Positions 1 through 7,191 of a DNA stretch of 17,472 nt are shown here, in pieces (positions within the stretch are counted from its first letter, which is position 1; each line of letters opens with the position of its first letter). Where the stretch lies: the NCBI GenBank assembly GCA_046757025.1, contig JBHHXN010000113.1:1-17472 (forward strand), given 5' to 3'. Source of the stretch: a bacterium (lineage in GTDB: Bacteria > Zhuqueibacterota > Zhuqueibacteria > Oceanimicrobiales > Oceanimicrobiaceae). A model generated the notes under the pieces. That model was not told the origin of the DNA and made no database searches. It worked only from the letters and a program-made list of their open reading frames with translations. Position numbers and translations under genes: made by a program.

Positions 1-303
1 TTCCTCGGAATCAAGTTGAATGTTGGCGTCGGAAAAATCCCAGTCAAAATCCCAGATAAAGGTGACCTTGCTTTCTTTCAAATCTAGGGAGGAGGCACCG
101 TGGAACTGAACCATCTCTCCCACAAAAACACGCTGTGGCGGCCCGGCATTGGCTCTCAGAGGCTCAGGGCTTCTCTGGCAAGCGCTCGCAGTGAACGCCG
201 CCACCAGGACAATGACACCAGGAAGCAACCCGTGGAAAACCCGAAAACAGGCGAAGTGCATCTGCTGAGGTTTGTTGCGTCTTTGCATGGTTTGTGGGCA
301 CAT
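1..303 (-). CDS. PKD-domain lipoprotein, N-terminal part only (runs off the window edge; absent from the ORF track)
   Basis: Manual translation from the ATG at 303-301, which overlaps the upstream TAA (TAATG), is open to position 1: MCPQTMQRRNKPQQMHFACFRVFHGLLPGVIVLVAAFTASACQRSPEPLRANAGPPQRVFVGEMVQFHGASSLDLKESKVTFIWDFDWDFSD... It has a hydrophobic stretch ending ASA-C (lipobox-like), then the PKD-type pattern ANAGP-Q-V-VGE-V-F-G--S-D...WDF. The true start may be a downstream ATG. Confidence 0.75.
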   Translation of the reverse strand, partial: MCPQTMQRRNKPQQMHFACFRVFHGLLPGVIVLVAAFTASACQRSPEPLRANAGPPQRVFVGEMVQFHGASSLDLKESKVTFIWDFDWDFSDANIQLDSEE

Positions 304-1853
304 TACACGATCCTCTTCTCCACCGGATCCCACTCCACCCGGCGTTTTTCCAGATAGGCCCGCGTGGCCATGTGACAGGTGATGGTCACTTCAAATCCTT
401 TGTCAATGTTGCAACTCGGCGTGCCGCCATTTCGGATACAGTCGAGCCAGTCTCGAATGTGCAGATGCGCCAGGTCCACGTGTTTGCCCTCCCGATAAGT
501 GTAAATCAGCCCGCGAGTGGCATAATATTTTTCCGTGGCCGAAGTCACCGCATCGATCTCCTTTGCACCAGGCCGAAACGAGAACATGGGCAGCGCGGGA
601 TCGATGACGCCGCTTTCTATTTTCTTTTTGAACCGAGTGGAGTTTTCGTCCGCCAGCACTTTCAATTCCTCCCCCAACTCCATGGAGGCGTCGTGTCCCA
701 TGAACACTCTTCCGCGCTGCCGGCTGTTGGCCAGAGTGGCGCTGTACAGAACCGTGAGTTCTTTTTCTGGATATTCAAAAACCGCATGGAAGGTGTCTGG
801 AGTTTCCCGTCCATCGTCATAAAAATAGATACCGCCAGATGCCACCGCCGAGTGCGGAATGCCAATTCCGAGAAGCTGATTGACGGAATCAAATTCGTGG
901 GAAAAGAGTTGACCGGACACGCCTGTACCGTAATCGAAAAAATTTGACCAGTTGTAATATCTCTCCAGACTGAAGGGCACCTTTGGACTCGTGCCAAGCC
1001 ACTGGTCCCAGTCAATGGTTTGGGGGCTGCCTGGTTTGGGATTTCCATTCTCGTCGACATGGCGGATCCAGGCGCCCTTGGGGGTATTGCGATTGCTGGT
1101 GGTCTCCACGAGGGTAATCTTGCCGAGGATATTCTTTTCGATGATCTGTTTGGCCCTGGCAAAACTTTCACTCTGTGAGAATTGATGACCGAGCTGAAAG
1201 ACGACACTACTTTTCTTAACCGCATCCACAACGTTGTACACTTCCTCTTCAGTTCGAGTCATGCACTTTTCACAGTACACATGCTTGCCAGCGTGCACCG
1301 CGTCGATGGTCATCCTGGCATGATGGTGGTCGGGAACGGCGATGATGACCGCATCGACCTCATCGCTTTCCAGCAGCTCCTGGTAGTGCCGGTAGCGCTT
1401 TGCCGCGGACGGTTTCCCGGAGCTTCCACCCGGTCTAAAATCGTTTCGGGAAGCCGCAATGCCGCGTTCAGCTCGCAGGTCGAAAACATCACACACGCCG
1501 GCGATCACCACGTTCAAATCTTCCTGGTGCAGCCAATCTTCAAGCCCGGTGTCTAACTTGTTTTTGACGACGGCTCTCTTCTTGTTCTCGATCCAGTCAG
1601 GATGAGCGAATCCGGCCGCTCTCGCCAAAGCTTCGCCGCGGCGGCCAAAACCGATGATGCCCAATCGAATGAGTTCACCGGATTTGTGCATGGTAGTTTC
1701 AGGAACCACAGCCGGCGCCTCAAGGTTCTTTGTAAAGGACTCGTATAAAAGACTACCCAATGCGGGCACCACAGCCAAACCCTTTAAAAAATCTCGCCGA
1801 TTGACATTTCCTTTTTTTCCGGAGTCCAGAGGAGTCTTCCTTTTTTTGTTCAT
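303..1853 (-). CDS. Gfo/Idh/MocA family NAD(P)-dependent oxidoreductase with twin-arginine leader
   Basis: Rossmann motif RLGIIGFGRRG, plus VCDVF, DAVIIAVPDHHHA, AGKHVYCEKC and GQLFSHEFD; Tat-like NRRDFLKG. Start moved from 1916 to the ATG at 1853 (or 1856) because GGAAGG lies at 1864-1859. Confidence 0.92.
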   Translation of the reverse strand: MNKKRKTPLDSGKKGNVNRRDFLKGLAVVPALGSLLYESFTKNLEAPAVVPETTMHKSGELIRLGIIGFGRRGEALARAAGFAHPDWIENKKRAVVKNKLDTGLEDWLHQEDLNVVIAGVCDVFDLRAERGIAASRNDFRPGGSSGKPSAAKRYRHYQELLESDEVDAVIIAVPDHHHARMTIDAVHAGKHVYCEKCMTRTEEEVYNVVDAVKKSSVVFQLGHQFSQSESFARAKQIIEKNILGKITLVETTSNRNTPKGAWIRHVDENGNPKPGSPQTIDWDQWLGTSPKVPFSLERYYNWSNFFDYGTGVSGQLFSHEFDSVNQLLGIGIPHSAVASGGIYFYDDGRETPDTFHAVFEYPEKELTVLYSATLANSRQRGRVFMGHDASMELGEELKVLADENSTRFKKKIESGVIDPALPMFSFRPGAKEIDAVTSATEKYYATRGLIYTYREGKHVDLAHLHIRDWLDCIRNGGTPSCNIDKGFEVTITCHMATRAYLEKRRVEWDPVEKRIV

Positions 1854-1934
1854 CATTACCTTCCGAGTCTTTTGAAACACACGACAAATCCCACACCCCC
1901 ATCCAGAATTTTTCACACTTGCTGGAATCAGGAT

Positions 1935-2120
1935 TTAGAACGTCCCGTTAGCAAACTTCTTGAATTCTGCCTCAACCATCTCTGGTGTGGTCGGGCCCAC
2001 ATGAATGAACAGCCGGTAGCGAAAGGTGACAGATTCACCTTTTTCGAGTGAGAGGTTTATTTTCTCCAACCCCGCCGCTATCGTTTTCATGAAATCACGA
2101 CGGGTTGTTTTGACAGCTAT
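1935..2120 (-). pseudogene. Chimeric gene remnant: Tat leader fused to the C-terminus of a DUF6807/PmoA-like (PF14100-type) protein
   Basis: GGAG at 2131-2128 and a 7-nt spacer precede ATA (2120-2118) GCT GTC AAA ACA ACC CGT CGT GAT TTC, i.e. (M)AVKTTRRDFMKTIAAG. This runs directly into LEKINLSLEKGESVTFRYRLFIHVG...VEAEFKKF, which resembles the last ~45 aa of DUF6807 proteins (recalled pattern L..GESVTFRYR..IH.G). Confidence 0.65.
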
Positions 2121-2144
2121 TCTTATTCTCCATCTATTTCTATT

Positions 2145-2279
2145 CAGTGATTGAACGAAAATGACCCCATCTTCCCGATGGCCTCTTGGCCGAAGGTGAA
2201 TGCCTGCCTGGCTCGGCGGGCACGCCTTCGCGAAGGGGTTTTTGTATCGCGCATTTTTCCAGTTTTCGTTCAAACACTA
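2145..2279. mobile_element. MITE-like element A (135 bp)
   Basis: Terminal inverted repeats AGTGATTGAACGAAAA (2146-2161) and TTTTCGTTCAAACACT (2263-2278) match 15/16. TATT direct repeat at 2141-2144 and 2278-2281. Internal nested hairpins: CGAAGGTG 2191-2198 with CGCCTTCG 2223-2230, TGCCTGCC 2201-2208 with GGCGGGCA 2215-2222, and palindrome CCTTCGCGAAGG 2225-2236. Confidence 0.7.
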
Positions 2280-3698
2280 TTTGACTTCAATTCCCAGTTT
2301 TTCAAAATACACCCCACACAAGAAATCAAGATCGCGGATATTGTCGAAGTAATCATTTACGAGATCATGCAGATCGGTTTCCGTGTCGACAAGTGAGCGA
2401 AAAGCCTGCAACAGATTGTCGATAGATTCCGTGCCAGCCCGATATCCTTTTAATTTTAGCTCATAAATTTGCTTTCTCGACTGCAGGATTTCATTGGCGG
2501 TGAGCAGTTGAGAACGCTGTTTTTCAACTTCCCCTTTCCCCTGCCTGATTTTCGCGGCCAGCTCCTGTTCCCGGTCCTGAATTTGAGCTTCTACATTAGC
2601 AATATCCGCAACCGCATTCGGGATCGAGTATCACAAAACTTCGCTATCGAACTTGTTGATTTTCAACCCGAGATTCAAAACATAGCCATTTGGCGAAATC
2701 TCATCCTCATTTAACCCCAAATAGTTGTAACGCCCACGGGCATTTACAAAGATGTCCCACCTTCCGCGTTCTGCCAGTCGTTTTTTTTCACGGGCATTTT
2801 CGATTACGAGCCGCAGTACTTTGCTTTCGGTGTCGTTGGCAAGCGCTCGCGCCAGCACAGCTTCGTATTTCTCGCCCACATAGTACCGACCGAAATAATT
2901 CTCTTGTTCAAGTCCTGGTGAAATCGGCGCGATCTTGTAATTGTCTAACGACTCCACATCGAGCCATCTCTGTAGCTAGACTTTGAGAGAGGCCGTATGA
3001 ACTTCCCACTGTTCGATTTCAGAATCGAGAGATTTTATTTCATCTACTAATTGACGGCGATCATTCTGGTGGCTGTCAAACCATTTTTCCTCAAGCAATA
3101 TTTTCAAAACATGGTGGTATTTCTTGACCATTTCTAAAATCTGCATACGGGGAACAAAGTCGTAATACATTTCCAGCGCATTGCGGATGGTCCGGCGGAT
3201 GGTGTTGACGTACTCAAGATTTGCACTGTAAACTTCGTTTTCCTCAAAAGTCCGTTTGATAATCCGGTTCAGTTTGCGATTGGAACTAAACAGAGGGAAT
3301 TGTACCAGGCCTTCAATAAACTGAGTGTGCTCGCCGACCCCCGAAGTAATATCCGTACTGTTGCCGGCATAGAGCGCCATAAATGAGCCATCAAAAAACT
3401 CTTTTTTAATTCCGGCTGTGATCTCGGTAAAAGTTTCGTCATCCGAACTCTTTTCCACTTTAGAATCCACCGTAATGGGGATAAATTGGGTGAATTCACT
3501 TTCAAAGAGTTTAAAGTTGAATTCAGCGGAATGCAATTTGTGCCTGGCGGCTTTAATCTTAAGATTATTTTCAAAACTAATCCTGATGATGGAGTCCGGA
3601 TTCAAAACTTCGATGCAACCTTCGGCATGCTTTTTTGCAACCACATTGTTAAAACTGATTAAAACTAAACACAGTCCAGTGATTACTTTGTTTTTCAT
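2277..3698 (-). pseudogene. TolC/outer-membrane efflux family protein (473 codons) interrupted by two in-frame stops
   Basis: ORFs 3698-2976 and 2957-2631 and an unlisted tail are all in one frame: ...SLKV*(TAG 2978-2976)LQRWLDVESLD...KFDSEVL*(TGA 2633-2631)YSIPNAVADIANVEAQIQDREQELAAKIRQ...LKGYRAGTESIDNLLQAFRSLVDTETDL...YFEKLGIEVK*(TAG 2279-2277). It has a signal peptide, ENNLKIKAA, QFPLF, and the TolC-type Y..G..S...LL.A motif near the C-terminus. Confidence 0.8.
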
Positions 3699-3732
3699 TT
3701 CAACACGCTTAATTTTAAATTCTAATTTTAAT

Positions 3733-3891
3733 TAGTGATTGACCGAAACCGAGCATCTTCATGCTGAGTCCCGAAGTAAATTCGGGAAAGCATGACTTAG
3801 AAACAACAGTTTATCACCCTTCGACGCAGTTTATCCTGAGCTTGTCGAAGGGCTCAGGGTGAAGAAATTTGGACTTTTCGGTCAATCACTA
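3733..3891. mobile_element. MITE-like element B (159 bp), same TIR family as A
   Basis: Perfect 20-bp inverted repeat TAATTAGTGATTGACCGAAA (3729-3748) / TTTCGGTCAATCACTAATTA (3876-3895). TAAT at 3729-3732 and 3890-3893. The interior holds two REP-like nested hairpins (3759-3795 and 3814-3862). Confidence 0.8.
3757..3789 (+). repeat. 33-bp REP-like hairpin repeat, copy 1
   Basis: CTTCATGCTGAGTCCCGAAGTAAATTCGGGAAA; exact reverse complement at 13011-13043; inner stem TCCCGAA/TTCGGGA. Confidence 0.9.
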
Positions 3892-3893
3892 AT

Positions 3894-4044
3894 TAGTGTC
3901 CATCCGTAAAGAGCCCTTTTTTGTCATTCCCGCAATCTTTAAGCGGGAATCCATTGTTCCGTTAGGCACGAGATTCCCGATGAGCTTGTCCCTGCATGTT
4001 GTAGGCAGGGAGCACTCGGGAATGACAATTGCGGATGGACACTA
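3894..4044. mobile_element. MITE-like element C (151 bp) containing a GTCATTCCCG-type REP doublet
   Basis: TIRs ATTAGTGTCCATCCGTAA (3892-3909) / TTGCGGATGGACACTAAT (4029-4046) match 17/18. TAAT at 3890-3893 and 4043-4046. Inner TTGTCATTCCCG (3921-3932) pairs with CGGGAATGACAA (4017-4028). Hairpins ATTCCCGC/GCGGGAAT (3926-3950), ATTCCCGA/TCGGGAAT (3973-4023) and TCCCTGC/GCAGGGA (3989-4011). Confidence 0.8.
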
Positions 4045-4048
4045 ATAA

Positions 4049-7000
4049 TTATTTCTGCAAAATATCTACTCGATTATTTATTTCCGTAATTTCCAGCACT
4101 TTGTCGGCGGGATCGACCAGGATGGACAATTGCGATTCCAAATCTTTCCTTGAAACCCTGAAACTGATGCTCGTTTTTTTCGCTATCAGATCCAGCGGCG
4201 CCGAAATGCTGGCAATGGTTCTGGATGCAAGCGTTACCTGCTTGCCACCGGCTGCTTTTCGAAGCTCCACTACCACGTTTTCCGCCGCGGCAATTCCGAT
4301 GTTGTGCACGGAAATTTCCAGCGTAAACACTGCCGCATCTTCATCTCCCTTTATCCGGACTTCACTTGCGGTAATCGCGAGGTCGGCCAGTTGCGCGGTC
4401 GTGCGTTCCGGCGCGGGTTGCTTTTGTCGTACCTCGAGCAATTGCAGAGATCGCGCGGGCAACACGACCGGGTGTGAGTCTCCGCGGCCGCGCACGGTGA
4501 ACTCATCCTGAATAGAAACGGCATCGAACACACGGTCTTCGTTCTCATCTGCACCCTGGCGAAACTCATACTGGCCCGGGGAAAGCATCCAGAAAGAAAG
4601 CGCACCCTCGCGGTTTTGCTCTGCAAAATTGTACACGAGAATCCGCACGGTTTTGGAATTGGCTTCCAACACAACCGCTGCAAAATCGTCCCCCAGACCC
4701 TGCCAGCTAACAGCATAAAAAGGGAAAAAACTATCGAGCAATGCCTGCCCGGTAAACATCGCTTCGAGATGCGTAACCCCGATCTCTTTGGACTGATGAA
4801 CATAGCCAATATCGACGCGGTCGGTAAAATAGGCTTCGGTGGTAACTAGCGTATGATTGAACTTTATCGCACCTGAAATTTCTTCACTGCCGCGGATCAG
4901 ATAATCTTTATCACCCGTCAATCTAAACTTCAGATAATTTGACCCGACTTTTGAGATGATATCATCGTATGTGAAACGACCGGTTAACAAGCGCCATTGC
5001 TCGATGAGCTCCTTGAACCCGCCTGATTTAGAAAGAATGCCCGCGACCCAGGTCTCGCTGCCCATAAGTGCATCTTCCAGGATTTCTCCCCTATACTTGA
5101 CAACTATCTTCAAAGCGAGCTCAATGGGCTGCAAGTAGCGCGCATCGTCGGTAAGTAAATACGTCGCCAGAAATTGCTGCAGCATGCGGGTACCGCCGCG
5201 GAAATTATAGTAGTGCCAGAACATGCCGGGGTGATGCCAGTTGTCCGCGTGGCCGCCGATGGCATCATCTTCAAAACGGATGGCGGCTGGCACCACACCA
5301 TACGGTTTGCCTTTATCGGTACGCAGGCAATCTTCCAGCCAGGCGTCCGCCCATTCACGCAGAAACTGCATGGCAAACGGATGCCGGTTGTACCACGCCA
5401 GCCAGGTCGCGGCTTTTACGGTGCGTGCATTCATGGGTACGTCACAATCTCGCGGCGGCCGGGTATCGATGGCTGTAGAAGAATACCAGCTCGATTTAAA
5501 ATGGCGGTGCCCCCGGCTGTTGACGCCGGTCCATAATTCCTGCAGCCCGCGAATGCTTTCCATGCAGCGCTCCACATAAATGGGATTACCGTAATCCAGA
5601 CCGATCATCATCGGCTGCGTATCTGCCACCGGCTCCGCTGCGTGCTCCACATCTCTCAGCTTGCGCGAAAATCCGTTTACAATCCAGCCGCTGTTCCAGA
5701 TGCCATCCACCAGCTTCCGCATGCCTTTTAGCGCCGTTTGATCATCTGCGGCCAAACGCGCGACCGGCCACCAGCGCAGCATCTCCACGTCGTCATCGTA
5801 CTTGCCACCAAATTCGCCGTTTTCCGCCTGGCGATTTTCAACCCAGTAATGGATAATTTCATTTACCTCTTTTAAGGCTCGATTAGCTGTCAATGCCCAG
5901 AGTGGGGTTTTTTGCTCATCCATAAGCGCTCCACCTATAGAGGGAAGATATTCTCCCAGGTACAGGTGCAACAGCGCGTGGTTGGGATTAAACGGTTTGA
6001 GAATGGCAAAACAGGCATCGGCTTTGTTTTTTTGCCAGGGGTCGTGTTGTTCGACCCAGCCCCAGAAGGAGAGCTTGCCAAGGTGCCAAAGCGCAGCATG
6101 ATACAATGGATGCTGGGGAACCTGAGTAATTTCTTCAAGTGCAAATCCGGCCATGTCCAGGCGTGTAAAAATCCCCTGGCCGCTCGATTCACGGGCCCAA
6201 TCCCATCCACCCATTTTGAAATAGTTATCCGCCTCTATAAACAATTGAGCGAAATGCAGATTAAAGGCCGCACCGGGATTGGCATTCGTCTGCCACTCGT
6301 CTCGCAGCAAACGCGCGGCCCATTCAATCAAGGAGCGCGGCTGCGGCACTTCCAGACGGCCAGCCAGGGCCAGCAGCAACAGCGCTTTTTCAAATCCAAA
6401 TTCGCGCTCCGGGATGGGAGCAATAATTCTCTGCGCTTCTACCGGCCGGCCTTTGTTGATCAAAGCGAGCGCCAGGGTAGCGTTGGGCGCCCGTAGCTTT
6501 ACCGACGTCCGCACCTGCCCATTCCTCAAAGTCAAAGGCCCCAGAAGAGCACGATAAATCAAAATTCCGTTGAGCGTGGCGCTCTGGTCATTGGCGATGA
6601 CATTTATAGTCAGCGAGTTGCCTTCAACTTCCACTTCGTGCAGCAATTGCCAATAAACCGGCGGGGATTCACCTTCAAACCCCGTCTGGTAAGTATAAAT
6701 CGTATCCACCAAAAGCTCACCGTTTACCGATATCTGACCGCTCCAGGTCCCCTTTTCACCCCCTGACATAAATAACTCAACCCAATATTTTGCTGGCGGA
6801 ATGTCCACCTTGAAAACCAGGGACTCTCTGGAAGCCACACCGTCATGTTTCATTTCATCCGCATGTTTAGAGCCGGCTTGAGAACTGAAATCACTTTCAG
6901 CAGGCTGCAGCAGTCCGTAACCTGTAACAGGATCATAAATAGTGTTTCGGTGAACGATTGTAAATCCCCGTTTGTGTTTACCCTGCGCAGGGCCAAAATC

Positions 7001-7123
7001 AAATTGCAGCGGAAATTGTTTTTGTGCCTGTACTGGCATAACGAACAGAAAACTCAGACTACAAAGCCAAAACAGCGCCCAATGTCGTTTTAACACATCT
7101 ATCCTGACGTTGCATTTCGGCAT
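4049..7123 (-). CDS. Large secreted multidomain protein: galactose-binding-like N-domain, uncharacterised helical core, C-terminal CARDB-type Ig domain
   Basis: 1024-aa ORF with a signal peptide ending VQA. FDFG...GFT.V...YD...GYG...FKVDIP..KY.V resembles the N-terminal beta-sandwich of YxiM/rhamnogalacturonan esterase-lyase proteins. The core is rich in W/D/E/H (ENGEFGGKYDDDVEMLRWW; RDVEHAAEP). ADLAI...VHNIG..AAENV.V...VDP...V.EI.E.NN fits CARDB. Confidence 0.8.
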   Translation of the reverse strand: MPKCNVRIDVLKRHWALFWLCSLSFLFVMPVQAQKQFPLQFDFGPAQGKHKRGFTIVHRNTIYDPVTGYGLLQPAESDFSSQAGSKHADEMKHDGVASRESLVFKVDIPPAKYWVELFMSGGEKGTWSGQISVNGELLVDTIYTYQTGFEGESPPVYWQLLHEVEVEGNSLTINVIANDQSATLNGILIYRALLGPLTLRNGQVRTSVKLRAPNATLALALINKGRPVEAQRIIAPIPEREFGFEKALLLLALAGRLEVPQPRSLIEWAARLLRDEWQTNANPGAAFNLHFAQLFIEADNYFKMGGWDWARESSGQGIFTRLDMAGFALEEITQVPQHPLYHAALWHLGKLSFWGWVEQHDPWQKNKADACFAILKPFNPNHALLHLYLGEYLPSIGGALMDEQKTPLWALTANRALKEVNEIIHYWVENRQAENGEFGGKYDDDVEMLRWWPVARLAADDQTALKGMRKLVDGIWNSGWIVNGFSRKLRDVEHAAEPVADTQPMMIGLDYGNPIYVERCMESIRGLQELWTGVNSRGHRHFKSSWYSSTAIDTRPPRDCDVPMNARTVKAATWLAWYNRHPFAMQFLREWADAWLEDCLRTDKGKPYGVVPAAIRFEDDAIGGHADNWHHPGMFWHYYNFRGGTRMLQQFLATYLLTDDARYLQPIELALKIVVKYRGEILEDALMGSETWVAGILSKSGGFKELIEQWRLLTGRFTYDDIISKVGSNYLKFRLTGDKDYLIRGSEEISGAIKFNHTLVTTEAYFTDRVDIGYVHQSKEIGVTHLEAMFTGQALLDSFFPFYAVSWQGLGDDFAAVVLEANSKTVRILVYNFAEQNREGALSFWMLSPGQYEFRQGADENEDRVFDAVSIQDEFTVRGRGDSHPVVLPARSLQLLEVRQKQPAPERTTAQLADLAITASEVRIKGDEDAAVFTLEISVHNIGIAAAENVVVELRKAAGGKQVTLASRTIASISAPLDLIAKKTSISFRVSRKDLESQLSILVDPADKVLEITEINNRVDILQK

Positions 7124-7191
7124 ATATTATTTTACCCCTTTCCAGGTTTTAACATCAAAAGGTATCCACTGGCGGACGATCGGCTTTTCAC

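Noticed and set aside
1258..1290. EKC instead of EKP in the oxidoreductase as an inactivating lesion
   Set aside because: It needs more than one base change from a Pro codon, the rest of the gene is intact, and this position varies in the family.
1935..2070. Particulate methane monooxygenase from the 'PmoA-like' label
   Set aside because: The PF14100/DUF6807 name is historical. This soluble fragment does not resemble the membrane pMMO subunit, and no pmoB or pmoC is present.
1935..2273. 112-aa ORF as a real gene
   Set aside because: Its first ~43 codons are MITE-like element A; only 2120-1935 looks gene-derived.
3729..4046. CRISPR array or integron attC cassettes
   Set aside because: There are no identical direct repeats with unique spacers, no GTTRRRY/RYYYAAC ends, and no cas or integrase gene.
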